A stretch of 64,000 nucleotides of DNA from assembly GCF_964355755.1 (NCBI RefSeq), contig NC_092674.1, positions 2,232,001 to 2,296,000 of the forward strand, given 5' to 3'. The position numbers and the translations under genes were made by a program. This DNA comes from Antedon mediterranea. Lineage: Eukaryota; Animalia; Echinodermata. Below, in pieces: positions 12,401 through 27,400 of this stretch; positions within the stretch are counted from its first letter, which is position 1, and each line of letters begins with the position of its first letter. The notes beneath the pieces are model-generated. The model saw only the letters and a program-made list of their open reading frames with translations. It did not search any database and was not told the DNA's origin.

Positions 12401-15400
12401 CTGAACGCCTACTACTGAACTACTAAATCAACAAAAGAGTGGGATTTAAAAGAGGAAGTTGGTTCATAATCCTTAGTAACAATCCCATCATATAATTCTT
12501 AGCAACAATTCCATATTAATCCTTAAGCTCTGTCTTCACTATCAAACTAGTTTGACAAAAAAAGTGTGATATGCGTAAATATGGTAGTGATATGATATCA
12601 CCATGTCCATATATGGGCACATCACATTTTTCAATGTTTGTTTTGTTTTGTTTGTTTTATCTTTATACTGGGTGTCTAGATAAAGTTGATAGTGTAGACA
12701 GAGCTTAACATCTCATAATCCATTATTAACTTCTTCATTTTGTTATTACAAGTTATTAATATTTGTAATTAAATTAATTGCATACATGCAACAGATGACT
12801 CTCCATTGTTAACATTAACAATGCCTTTGTGACCGTGGATAATTCGTTTACCTAGTTATAATTTTAATTAGTATAAATGGATGTTCTGAGAAGCGGCAGT
12901 AAGTAATGTATAATGGAATGATGGTTACATGAATCATTGTAAAAAGGGTAGCACAAATTAATTGATGGCAGGTTACACAAAATAATATTGGTTTGTTTTC
13001 ATTAAAAACAGATTACTGATTTTGGAATTGATTATCTGGATAATTAGGAAGAAGACAGTTTTCATTAATTTCATACTTATAAATATTTATAATCTCTTGT
13101 GCTTACTGTATGTTTAAAGTAATTAATTATCGACCTTCATAATTTGTATTAAAAAACAGTATGTTTGAGCTTTATAGTGTTAATTGATTTTGTTTATGTG
13201 TTTGTTGAAAATAAGTAAATTATAAAAAGACATATTTAATTAAGCTGTAGATTTCCATCACGCAGGTACATATTTTTATAGTTTGTGTGCTTATATAGTG
13301 TATTACAAAAATGGTGCTAATAAAAACTAGAGACAGGAAACTCTAGTTGTGGTCGGTCTATGAAATTGGATAAGAACAAGGTTGGCCAGTACATAACAAG
13401 TGTTACGCTTCACTGAACATGCCTATCAATGTATATAGTTCAATTTGAAAGTATCATCAAACTATGAGATGAAATAAATTAATAAATTAATTTTTAATCT
13501 TTTACAATGCAATCAATTTTAGGTCCTATTTACACAGTAACATTAATACAAATTTAGAATCTACTCTATGTTATTCCTCATGACACACAATGTGAAGGGG
13601 ACAGACGATTATTGCTCATGATAGATACAAATTCTACAGGGGTCAAGCTATGCGGTTTTCAGGGCTACCACTCATCTGTGTAAATGGACGTTTAATGGTC
13701 GAATCGGCTAGGGTGAAATGTTTTTCTTCCAAATCTCTTTGAAACATTAATTTTTAGCATTCATTTCAATTTCTCTTTTTGCCTTTTATTTTTTATCCAA
13801 TGAGATTAATTCTTATAAGTTTATCTTTTTGTTGCAGATTTATCAAAAAATAGATTTACGGAGTTACCAGAGGAGATCTGCGATTATTTATCACTAGAGA
13901 ATCTTAATTGTTACAAGAATGTTTTGAAGAGTATTCCACCAAGTGTAAACAAATTATCTTCGTTAACTTTTTTAAATTTAAGGTAAGTTGAAAAAGGTCA
14001 CAAACCCCAGTGTGTCTTTGAGATCACTGTAGAGTTTTGGTGTGAAAGTGGTATAAGGGAGGTATCGCAACCTTACGATAACGAAAATGTATACAGTGCT
14101 GTAGCCACAAGAAATAAAGTGGTTCAGTTTTCACAAGAAAATGAAACAATCTCTGTTCAAGCCACTTGGTTGTCAAAGACCTCTGTGAAAATGTGGTCAG
14201 GTTTAAACCTTACAAACCGTACTGGTGGCTATGGCCCTGGGATATATTAATATGTATCTTAAGCTCTGTCTACATTATCAAACTTTATGTGACAGAAAAA
14301 TGTGATGTGCCCATATATGGATATGATGATGTCATATCAGTACCATATTTGGGTATATTACTACTATATTTGGGCACATCACACTTTTTTTTGTCAAACT
14401 AGTTTTATAGGGTAGACAGAGCTTGAGACGTGTTTAGATTTTTTGCTGAAACTGCTAAATGTTTTCAATCACAGTAGAGCTATGTAAATGATAAACGGTA
14501 GGATATGGAAATTGACGGCATAATTCATTACTTAATAGTAATGAGGCTTTTTGAAGTTTAAAGGAAGTGGAATTTAATAAGTGAAATATTCAATGATACA
14601 CATTAGACAGGAAGGAAACTTTGTTTATAGTAAACTCTGTCAATGTATAAGGCTTGCTTTAAACATATACAGCATCATTTAAAATGGATTTTCGATTTTT
14701 TTCATTTTAGAATGATGTTTTGGGGGCTATTAGGTGTTGTTAGAATGTATATTGTTACAAAATATAAATTGGCCCTTTTGGGGAAAGCCCCATTTGAAAA
14801 TCAAAAAAATTCGCGGGTGACGTCACTTTGCGAATATATTCCTATCCCTCCAATGGACAATTTGCAGTTTTTTGGCTATAACTCTTGAAATCTATGGAGT
14901 ATTTTCTAAAAAATGCTTGTGCATTTGCAGAAACGTATTTAGAATTTTTTTAGATAAAATTAGTACCGTATACACGGTTATTCATCGAGTAAATGACGAT
15001 TTAAAATCTTAAAATCAACGGTTTTTTTCTGGCAATACCGAAGTTGGCCTGGCAACGTTGTCCGGGATACAGCTCCGTGCGCAATGATGCGTATCCATAT
15101 TTTCCGTTCGTGTATTTTGTATATCGTTCGTAATTTATACTGCTAAAATGTGTTAGTTTCTTTAGTTTTTAGTTTAGCAGAATTAAATTAGTAATATGAG
15201 ATGATAATTTATTTGTCACGAATCAGGCAGTTCGATAACGAATTTTATTCATATTTTACTTTGGCTTGACAATGAGCGCAGCAAGTTGTTGATATCGCTT
15301 TGGTCCTTGGATGCACATGAAACGGAGTCTCGCCGCATGATGTGGGTGGTGGATCGACTCCACGCGCTGGATTGGGGCCTAGGCCTAGTAAAGGTTTGGG

Positions 15401-18400
15401 AGGTAGGCCTTCTAAATTCGGGTTTTATAACAAACGAAGTACATTTTAGGGACCTATATTTCAACAACATTAGATATTGAATAAATTAGTATTAGTGTCA
15501 ACGCTTCGCGTATCTTTCCAGGCCGTCGACCCGGCCGTCGATCATTCACTGACTATCGGGCGGCATACACGCTCTCGATATCATCGTGTGTATATGTGAC
15601 GTCGTGAATATAGAGGCTTCCGACGGCCGTTGAAATAGAATATTGCAATGGCGTGAGTAATTTTCGCTAATTTACAATGGTATCTTAAAATTTCGTTTTT
15701 ACTCAAAATACTATACATTTTGTTTTTATTTGTATGGGTTTGTGTTAATTTAAATAACATGTGTGAATTTCTTGAAAATAGAAATTCTATTTCAGGTCCA
15801 TTTTAAGCCTGATGTATAGTTTATTAGTTGCTAATATTTACAGTAGAACACAATGGCGGACCCAGGATTTTGAAATAAGATGGAGGGGCCCACGGCCTAG
15901 AAATGGTTAAATGAAGGGTGATCTTAATTGGATGTCCTACAATCTTTTGCATTACAATTTGCAAAATTATATTGCAAGATTCTCCTCCATAAATCTCCCC
16001 CCCCCCCCCCCACCACACTTTGGAAACCCCCCCCCCCCCCCCCTTTTTTTTTTTTTGTGGACCCCTCCCTTTTTTTTTTTGGGATGCCCCTACCTGTATG
16101 TTAATTAAAGGACCACTTACCCTTAAAAGAAACAAGAGGCAATGTGTGTTAACACTACATCCAACCCACATTCAATGGACACTTTGTTGGGCCCTAAAAC
16201 GTGGAGGGCTAACATTATTATTTGATAATAGTTTGTAAAAAATAGATATATGTAGTTTATATTATAATTTCATTTTAGCTGTCAAAATGGCGGAGTCTTT
16301 TTAAATATGATATTAAATAACAAAAGTAAAATATATCTTTTTAATTGATTGACCTAGTATTGCTAAATGTCATGATATTACTTTTTTCTTCTAGTCGTAA
16401 TCAATTGACTATATTACCCAGCGAATTATGCAATCTCTCATTAGAAGTTTTAATTGTTAGCAATAATAAATTGGTCTCATTACCAGAAGACATCCGCCAT
16501 CTAAGTTCACTAAGGAATTTGGTAAGTAATTTTACCATTACATAAGGGATACCTACAAAAGGTTAACATTGGGGGCTGAAATTAATTTTATGTTATTTTT
16601 TAAGCATTGTCTACACTATCAAAATTTATGTGACCAAAAAATGTGTTGTACCCATATATGGAGATGATGATGTCATATCACTACCATATTTGGGTACATC
16701 AACTACATCATATTTGGGTACACATTTTTTTGCCTAACTAATTTGATAGTGTATATACAAATAAAAAGCTGAACAACAATATTGTATAAAAATTGTAAAT
16801 TACAGGATGCCAGTTGTAATGAAATATCAACACTTCCATCCAGCGTGTCGGACATGGAGTCACTCATGCATTTCAATGTTCGTCATAACCGTCTAGAAAA
16901 TCTGCCTGAAGGTAAGATAATGCCAATTTATTTATTTAAATGTAATAGTATATCAACTCAGGTATAACCCCAGGTACTGTGTAATCCCAGCCCAGGAATG
17001 ACCCCATACTCGTCCACGTATAACCTCTACCTCAAATTGTGAGATATTGTACTTGTGAGCATTGGGAAAAATTATTGGGGCTCGCAGTCACCTGTCCAAC
17101 ATCTTGGGCCCACCAAAAAATCATGTTTGTCAGGCATGTACAATTTCACTGTCCCAACGGGCAACCTCCAGGCAACCTCAACTAAATTTAATGCATTGAT
17201 TGCCCTAATTTTCGAACATTCTGTGAGCCCTGCCTAATACTGTCCAAGTGTTACAAATTGTTTTTGTTTTTTTCCCAATCTTTTTATTGTGTTTTTGTTT
17301 CCTTTATATACTGTAGTTGAAATTAATAGTCAATTAATAGTTGATGATGAACTTTGATCTTATCAAAGGAAATATTAATTTTAAATATACATTTCCTGGT
17401 TTTGAATCTAAGAATTTCTTTGATATACATTTCTAATTTCTCAGTTTATATTTAATTTACACGATGTATCATTTATCTGGGATGAATACACTATCTACAT
17501 GAAAAGACAAGCACAAATAGTACATTGTGTCACGATAACTGTTGAAAGAAGCTTCATTGTAAAGTACAATATTTTGTGTGTGTTTCATTCAAAAACAGAA
17601 TTAAACCGAAATAAAAGGGTCAAATTACATCCAATAAGGAAAAGAATTGTGTACACTCTACAGACCTTGATTTAAAAGGAGCGCCATGGCGCTGACGCTC
17701 CTTGGCGCTCCTGAAAACGATCAAAGGAGCGCCTAAAATAGCGCTCCCCAACCTGTTACAGTGCGTCATAAAAATATATATGATAAGAATATTAACCCCG
17801 AATACAACACACAGTCTATAATATATAGTCGCGCAAACGATCTTTGTTATGGCTACCCCCGATAGGCTAGGCGCGCCTACGATCTTTGATGTTGCGAGAA
17901 AAATATCGTAAACAATTCATTGTAAATATAGTATCAGAACGTTTAATCGGTCGCTCAAAAAGACTGCCGACAGAAGACCGTAATTATACAAACCTAGTTT
18001 TTTTGGTCACATGGCATGAAACGCGATACTTTCTGCTTTTAACCGCAACATCTCACATGTTTTTTTTTTTAACTCAGTACGAGAGGGTGGCTGGCCGACG
18101 ATAAACAGTAATTAAGATCGTGTACCTGGATTTTGTGTCACATGACATGAAACATAATACTCTCTGATCTGATCTTAAACTGCTCACATGTTTTCCCCTC
18201 CAAATTCTGGTCGGGCCTTTTCTTAAGCCTTAATTAATATGGAATATATATTTATTTTGCATATATTTTGTTGGTGTCCTAGCCTAGGCTAGGTGTCATT
18301 GTTTTTATAATTCGCTAACCCAAGGTAGGATTAAATAATAGTGTAGGCCGCCGAAACTAGACTAGATAGCCTCGACTCTCTCTCTGCGTGAGCTGAGGTC

Positions 18401-21400
18401 CACGGGCCCGATGTCGTCTCGTCGGCGGATTTCCGTCCAAATTAGGATAACCTATGCGTAGGCCTAGCTAGGGTGGCAAACAATACATTGTTTGTTTGCA
18501 TTGTCCATGCTTCTAAAGGCGATGACAATGGTGTTTACTAACCCTACGAACCACCCTACGATCGACGCGTAGTTAGATAATTATCATAACAATACATCGT
18601 AGACTACGTTCAGAGAACAATGACCTACGATGAATTTTACGTGCGAGAGTACCATTTCCGGCCATCTAGAGGTGTCATTTATCAAAATTCGGCTCGCCGC
18701 AGGCCCAACCATGGTGGGCCTGTGCCTCGGATACTTAATCAAAATAATGGCTCTCCTCAACATATTGAGGAGAGCCATTAGGAGCTCTCCTCTTATATTT
18801 ATAAATCAAGGTCTGACTCTAATTTGACACAAAGAAAAGTGTCTTATAAGAATGTCCCCTTGAATTGTGGCTGGCCATAGTGTTTAAACATATTTCCCCA
18901 TGTTTTTTCACAGAAAACTGTCCCCTTAATGAGAGTGTCCCCTTAATGAGAGTGTTCCCTTAATGAGAGTTACCCCTTAATGAGAGTGTCCCCTTAATGA
19001 GAGTGTCCCCTTAATGAGGGTGTCCCCTTAATATAAGTGTCCCCTTGGTGTCCTAAAATTCATTTCAAATTTTGATTTCTACAAAAAATAAAACTTTCTC
19101 TTAAACTATGTATAGCTAGGCCTTCAATTTTCTCCACATATTAAATGCTCTCTAATAGCACCCACTCAAATATTTGCCATATTTGGAGATGGCCACACAG
19201 TATTACATAAAGTACTGTATATATCAAGTTTACTATATTTATTAGTAATAATAATAATAATAATAATAATGATAAAGTAATCTAAATATTTTTGGTTTTT
19301 CTTTTTTAACATTTAATAATATAAAACAATGAAATGAAGATTAAGGATTTTAATCTTAAGCTCTGTCCACACTATCAAACTTTATTAGACAAAAATGTGA
19401 TGTGCCCAAATATGGTAGTGATATGCCCAATTATGGTAGGTAGTGTTATGACACTATAATATGGGCACATCACATTTTTTTGTTACAAAAAGTTTGATAA
19501 TGTAGACAGAGCTTTATGTTCATAAAATCATGTTTAATATATTAACTATTCAATTTCTTTCAGAATTAAGTCGTTTAAAACTGCGTATGTTAGATATATC
19601 ATGTAACAAGATTACGCACATCCCGGCTTCCTATCGCAAAATATGTACACTAGAAAAATTTATCTTGGATCACAATCCTTTAGTATCTCCATCACCACAG
19701 GTAAGCAGGCTTCAATCAATCAATTAGGCCCAGGGGATTATTGCATTTTTGCCTGTACATGTCAAGAATATTCCTTGATCTGTTTACTCAGGCCTAAGAA
19801 TAGATATTTTAAATGTAAGTAAATATAATCATTGTTGAAGGTAAACAATGCATGTTTTCTGTGAATTGCTCAATAAACTTTTATGTTTGTTGTTCATTTG
19901 GTTTATTAACATGTATGATGAATGATGTTGAAGAGGTCGTCGTGGAATGCCCATTTAAAGATGTAAAAAGATAAAAAATGAAGAATTATAAAATAGACTT
20001 TAAGTAGGCCATTTTGCAGTTTTAATAAAGTTATTCACTTCTGTAAAAAAAAACCACAAACAAAAATGATTTTACTTATAAAAAGACAAAAGAAATGTTT
20101 AGTCTATATTTCGTGCCTAGCTTCCCTGGATAAACCGGCGATAGCCCGTGCTCTCCAAAGGGGAGCTTAGATACGAAAGTAATAAGTAACTATTAAAGTG
20201 GCATGTAAAAAATTTGGAAAAAAAATTGTTTACGGGGACAATATATCTTTAACTAGCTAGTGAGTGAATCTAGGCCTAGAATTTTTTTTGCAAATCTGTA
20301 AGTCGAAGTTCGTGTAACTCAAATTTTTATACCGGTCCCATTAGATTCGACTTAAGCGGAGTCGACTGTAGCAATATTGCTAAACAAAAGTTTTTAATGA
20401 AATTTTTTCCTGTCAAATTAACTAATTATAATATTTACATTATATAGATCTTGAGTATATATAATTTAAAATAGCCTATAATCGACCCTTTTTTATGTCA
20501 ATTTATATTGCTTCCAATCTACCAAAACATATGTTTATCTAATGATGTAACAGTAATTGAATAATAATTTTATTCAATTTCCTATCATACAGTCTTTCTG
20601 GAGCCTGATATTTTTGTCCACCAGGATTTGCATTTTTTCTCAGACTAAACTTATTAAACTTAAGCCTTGTCTACACTATCAAACTTTATGTAACAAAAAA
20701 AAAAGTTATGTGCCCATATATGGACATGATGATGTCATATCACTACCATATTTGGGCACATCACACTATTTTTGTCAAACTTGTTTGATAGTGTAGACAG
20801 AGCTTAATAGACATGATGTCATATCACTACCATATTTGGGCACCTCATACTATTTTTGTCAAACTTGTTTGATGGTGTAGACAGAGCTTTATTCAATCTA
20901 TTTGTGGCATTAACATTCTGTAAATTATTCATACGTCAATAAAAGGAACAGTTTACAAATTATGAACTTTGATTGATTTGAATGGAAATTTATTTCTAAT
21001 AAGCAATAGATTTGTATTTATAATGCATTATACTGTACATTCAAAGTGGAGTGGAATACATGTCACAATACAACAACAGTCATATTCTCTAAGAGGCGCT
21101 CATTTGTCTGTCCACAATAATATGTTGATATTGACTATTTGACTATCCCAATACCAGGAAAACCAGAAACTCTCCCAAAATTCGTTTTTACTGTCTTAAA
21201 AACACATTCAGAATACCAGACTTTCCATGAAAACCAGATATATAAGGCCAGCCAGCCCAAAGGTATTCGATATTGGGAGATTTGACTGTATTACACCGGA
21301 TAACCCTCTATTATATTAACAGATTTGAACATGTGATCTCCCTCTAATAAGGCAATTGTCTTGACAACTAGACCATTACTACAGTATTTTAATATGCCTT

Positions 21401-24400
21401 ATGATGTTTTCATCTTTATTTCAGATATGCATGAGAGGTATGATACACATATTTAAATTCTTAGCCAATGAAGCTCTTAAAGAAGAGGGAAGAAAAAGAG
21501 CAATGGAGGAGGATAGGATATCAAGACAACAGTCGTAAGTATAGCAATGCCACCAATGTTACGGACCATTTCAACATTTTTCTACTGCTGTTACTGCAGT
21601 AAATATCTAGATCAGATCATACAAGCTTCATAAGGTCATACAAATTAAAATCATACGTTATTGCAATAAAATAGAATGTAGTTACTGCAGTAACTGCAGT
21701 AGAATTATTTTAACACAACAACTTTACATGTAAAAGTAAACATTCATCACTTTTTACAGTACAGAAGTCAACCACTTCATTCAAAATTGTTTCTAATCTT
21801 CTTTTTTGTTTTCCTTTTAGTCATTCTAATTTATCAGGAGACCAATTTCAATATTTCCATGGAAAACCAGGAGAACTACGGAGGGCACAGGGCATTACTG
21901 ATTCAGGATATGTTGAAGGCGAAAAACGATGGCCAGCAGAGGTAGTGTTCTAACTGGTTGTTTTTTTTTTAACCTAATGTAAATGTTAAGAGCCTAGGAT
22001 AGATTGGGTTTCCTATACTGAAGATGATAAATCCTGGGACAATCATGGAGACTGCAGGACAATCGTAGACACTCTAGGGCAATCATGGAGACTCTAGGAC
22101 AGTCATAGGCACTCTAGCGCAATCGTGGAAACTCTAGGGCAATTGTAGACACTCTTGGACAGTCGTAGACACTGTAGGGCAATCGTAGACACTCTGGTAC
22201 AAATCTGGACACTCTAGGGCAATCGTATACACTCTAGGACAAACCTGGACACTATCGGGCAATCGTAGACACTCTAGGACAAACCTGGACACTCTAGGGC
22301 AATCGTAGACACTCTACTGGACACTCTAGGGCAATCGTATACACTCTAGGACAAACCTGGACACTATCGGGCAGTCGTAGACACTCTAGGACAAACCTGG
22401 ACACTCTAAGGCAATCGTAGACACTCTACTGGACACTCTAGGGCAATCGTATTCACTCTAGGACAAACCTGGATTATAAAGATCTGTAATTTCTAATTTT
22501 TCTTTATAATAAATTATTTTTTGTAGATGAACCATAATGAAGAATATATTATTAAAAGAGCAGAAAATCAACGGCATCAAAGACGAGGTAACTTGCCGCG
22601 TCCTTCGGCTCTCGTGATTCCTAACGACAATGGTTTCCATGATTCCGATGAGGTTGACGGATCTGATGGTGATATTACACCGACACAGATTCACCCTCCA
22701 GATGACGATTTCACAATGGTAATATATATTCTGTGTTCATTTATTAAATTGAAGATTTCTTTCAATTAGAAATTGCTGGTTGATGGCGTTATACAAAATC
22801 TTCAACTTTAATATTAATATTGTTTTTTATTATTATTATTATTACATTGATACCGAAACCAAGAAGCAAAGCTAGATGTGGATTGGTTAAACTATATCTA
22901 TATTTTTTATTTAACCTTATTTATAGAGGGTGACCCTAAACAGCGTATGTTGAAAATCAAGGGGCCCTCGTGATTAGTTATGATAAGTGTCGTGTGTGTG
23001 ACAGTGGCTGTGTGTATACTAGTACACCAGGGTAACCCCCTACTGGTCTTGAAAGATGTACTAGGTTATAAAGTCTTATTTGAGGCTTAAGGAGTTAAGT
23101 GGAAAGAGTCATAAGTTATATTATAATAAAATAAAGATTTAATTTATTCCTAGTATTAGATCAGGAATGAACTTGGGTTTAAAAAGCAAGCATGTTAACC
23201 ACCATGTTACTGTGACCAAAATTAGAAATATAATATTTGTTTCTTTTTTTTATTTCGAAACCTAAACCAACAGCAAAAAAAAAATAACCAATATAACATA
23301 CGAATACAAATACTGTACAAAGTACATATGCCTTAATCTTACTAATCTTATAGTCAATGGGTGGAAATGGCATGGATTTTGAAGATGACAGGCCTGCAGA
23401 TATTGAACGATTAAAATTAGAAATGCTACAAGCAGAACAACTGAAATTAGAACTTGAAAAATTAGAACGCGAGAGAATTCAAGCAGAAATGGAAGAAAAC
23501 GATCGACGTATTCAGGAACAGGAACGACTTGAAGAACAACGCCGCTTAGAAGAAGAACAGGTACGGTTAGAGGCAGAACAAGTTCGCTTACAAAAAGAGA
23601 AACGACTATTAGAAGAAGAACAAAGAAAGCATGAGTTAAAGAGAAAGAAGGAGAAAGTTGAAGAGGAGAAACAGAAGATAGAGAAAGAAAAAGAAGAAGC
23701 AGAAGAACAAGAGAAAGATGAAAGGAGGAAGGCAGCAAAGAAAGTACAGGAGGAACAACAAAGGATAATGCAGAGACAGAAGTCATCAGAAAGGTTGCCA
23801 GCCACAAGGTGAGTTTGTGCACTTAAATTAAAGCAGTTGCTTACTATTCACAAATATTAATATAATATTAATATACAATAATCGTAATCGATGCGAAACA
23901 ACACAAGGTTAGTTTGTGCATTGAAATTCAAGTAGTTACTTTTCACAAATTTACAATGATCAAATTAGTCTTACCAAACACAAGATTAGTTTTTGCACTT
24001 AAATTTAAGCAGTTGCTTAAATTTTACTATTCACAAATATTACTATCATTCACTACACATACAAATTGGTTTTTTTCTTGCAACAATTTTTATTATATTT
24101 TAGTTTTTATTACTAAATACACATTTTGCACTGTGTGTAAAATAACATTTTATATATATGATTTCTATGCATTTATTTTGTTGTATTTTGTGTAGCAGAA
24201 TTATATATCTATCACATTATATTGGAAATATTATTGGTGGCCGGGTTGTTACAACAAATTTTATTTAAAAAAATATTAATATCATTTATTATTATACTTT
24301 CGATAAATCTAAAAAAAATTATATTTTATTTTATTTCATTTTAATCATTTTGCCAACATTTATGCTTTCATTATATATATATTTTAAAATTTATAAAGCT

Positions 24401-27400
24401 CTGTCTACACTCAAACTAGTATTTTCTTTCTGTTTTTTTTCTCAGCGCTTTGGGACAATCTTTTGATTGTATAAGCGCTATATAAATCAAACAACAGTAC
24501 ATTACATTAGTTTGTCAAAATAAGTGTGATGTACCCATATATGGTAGTGATGTACCCATATATGGTAGTAATATGACATCATCATGTCCATATATGCCAC
24601 ATTGCTTTTTTTTGTCACATAAAGTTTGTGTAGAGTAGACAGAGCTTAATAATTGTTGCTTCAATTTCATTTCATTAATTTTGTTTTTGTTTACACATCA
24701 ACAACACAATGCTTCTTATCCGTAGGAGACATCCACTTACATCCTCTTCTTTTAATGATAGAACGAGACGACCGACTACTCTTAACACGTACGTCTAAAA
24801 TGTATTTTCATTACTGATGTCTTGTGCATTTGGTCTTGTCATCTAAGTGGTTTTATATTGTCCTTCATCAGTTAACACTGTTTTATGTGTGTGTGTGTGT
24901 AATAGCAATGTTTTGTGATCATTAATGCGTTTACAAATTCACCAATGTTGTTGGACTAAAAGAAATGTGAGAAAGAATTGACAATTTTATGGATGTTACC
25001 TTTCAATTCTGACGCAATTAATTGTGTAATCCACTTCAACCATTAAGGCCAATTTACACAGACAAGCGGTAACGGTAATAAAAATATATATGTTATTCCT
25101 TATGACCATTTCCACACGACGAAGAGCCTATGGGCGGTTTACGCTCAGCATAGATACAAATTATATATAACACGGTTTTTTCGCTTACCGTTACCGCTCG
25201 TCTGTGTAAATTGGCCTTTAATCACTGCCTATGCTAATACAGTACACATTTAGTTTGATTTGGCATAGATCCCCCCCCCCCTCCCCTTCATCCCAACCTT
25301 ATTTACATATCTTATATATTGAATACTGCTACCGTTAACCATTGCACTGTATACTGTACTATGTAATGTTCTACATTGTTTAAATGTGTTGCAATAATAT
25401 TGTATGCTTCTATATTTCACTGTAAACACTCTTGATAAAGTATTGCATTGTTATCTTGTTATGTCAGCATGATGTATGGTTGTCATGGTGATAATATAAA
25501 CATTAGGACCTCCTATTTATGTTTTAAAGGATGCATGTTTTTCAAGCTTTCCATAGAATTCTCAAGTAATTGTTTTGACTTTATTAGAGGCAAAGCTCAC
25601 GGTGGTTGCCAAAAAACATATTAAAACAATTTTTAAAATATTAATAGCAAAGTCTCTAAGTGAGGAGGTTTCAAAGCGACTTACATTCTTGCCCTTCTCT
25701 CAAGTTTCTTACGTAAATTGGAGGTTTTAATGTATTACTAATACTATGCATCTCATACAGTAATAGTATTAGTGCATTGTTTAATTGTATGTGTTGTTCT
25801 AATCGTAGTCAAAATAAACGTGAAAATCGCAGGGCAACAATTTCTGGTGAGACTGATACAAAACGTACTACGCCACCACGGACGCCAACAGCGACCTCTA
25901 AGGCTTCGACAAAGTTAGTAGTGTAAATGCAATAAAGCTATATTTTGTATATAATATTTGAAATGTGTCGTGAGGTATTTATACTTGCATGTTGTTATGC
26001 ATTGTCTTTTTCATTTGCATGTTTTTGAATTTGATTTTGGTACTGTTGTGAAATAGTTTGTAAATATTATTATTATTATAAAAATATTGCAAGAAAAGTG
26101 CAAAAGAGAATGGTAGAAAAATAAATTGAGAAACATGCAAGAAACTTCTCATGATTGGAAATATTTGAGCGACAGTTTATAATTAGTATTAGAAATATTT
26201 GTGGTAAGTATAGTTTTGAATCAAATGCAGAGCAGAATATACAGAAATACATTTATGGTATAAACTTAAATAGATTAATATTAAATTTAAACAAAATCAA
26301 AAGATGTGCTGAAGGTCAAAGTTGAAAATTGAGTAATGTGAACGATGACTAAAACTCTATCTACACTATCAAACTAGTTTGACAAAAAAAGTGTGAAGTA
26401 CCCAAATATGGTTGTATTGTGACATCATCATGTACATATATGTATATATATATAAATAAATGAAAGACGCTAGTAAATTACCAACTGAACATTTTATTGC
26501 ACTACAGGCTGTTTCATGAGTATGAACTCAATCTTCAGGTGCTTGGCTCTGAATGATAGTCACAAGTGAATACAAAAAGCTATAATGAAGTCTTAAGGCA
26601 AACTGTTTATGTGAACAATAGTATCATTCAGAGCCAAGCACCTGAAGATTGAGTTCATACTCATGAAACAGCCTGTAGTGCAATAAAATGTTCAGTTGGT
26701 AATTTACTAGCGTCTTTATCATTTATTTATATTTGGCTCTACATTTTGTATCGAGCACTTTCGCTTTCATGGTCTGCGTTAAATTCACCACGATTTGTAT
26801 ATATATATATATATATATTATTATGTAATTTTGTGACTTATATATGTTATCCTTTGTTACAATTCTCTTCACCTGATGATGGGCTATGCCCGAAACATGT
26901 CGTAAAAATAAATCTATATTGAGGCAGTTTTAACTTATTTGATCTTGATTTTTTTCTATATCCTGCCTATGCAGCTCTTTGATTTAATCAAAGGATAACA
27001 TATATAAGTCAAAAAATTACATAATAAAACAAATCAGCCAATCAAAGATGTTAACAAACAAAAGGTATAGTTATAAAGGCACGCCTCCAAAAGCTATGGG
27101 GTACAAAGCAGGAATGGTTGCTTATAAAGCAGGAAATTTAAAACAAAGACAAAAGCTTCAAGTGTAAATAATTGTTAATATGTGAATGTCTCTGGCAAAA
27201 TTAATGTTTAAAAGATCTAAATTGTACATTTATGCCGGTAGGGGCAAGAGTGCCAAGCTTTACAATTATTCTTTCTTCTATAATTCTACGAGATGTCTCA
27301 GAACTATTACATACCTTAACACCAGAATTTGTAATATCCGAAAGGGAATGCTCATTATTACAAAAATGGGTGGCTACAGGTAATCTGGGAGTCTTTAATT

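Larger units (their letters stand above)
26451..26797. mobile_element. Penelope-like element end (inverted pseudo-LTR pair), non-coding
   Basis: About 108-bp near-perfect inverted arms (26451-26558 / 26622-26731), each with a hammerhead motif followed by AATAAA; bounded on both sides by (TA)n tracts. Confidence 0.75.

Noticed and set aside
15824-16238. Gly- or Pro-rich ORFs
   Set aside because: They arise from C and T homopolymer runs, which may also be sequencing-error-prone.
23262-23822. Minus-strand 186-aa and 97-aa hydrophobic or Ser/Cys-rich ORFs
   Set aside because: Antisense shadows of the GAA/AAA-rich LRCH coiled-coil exon.
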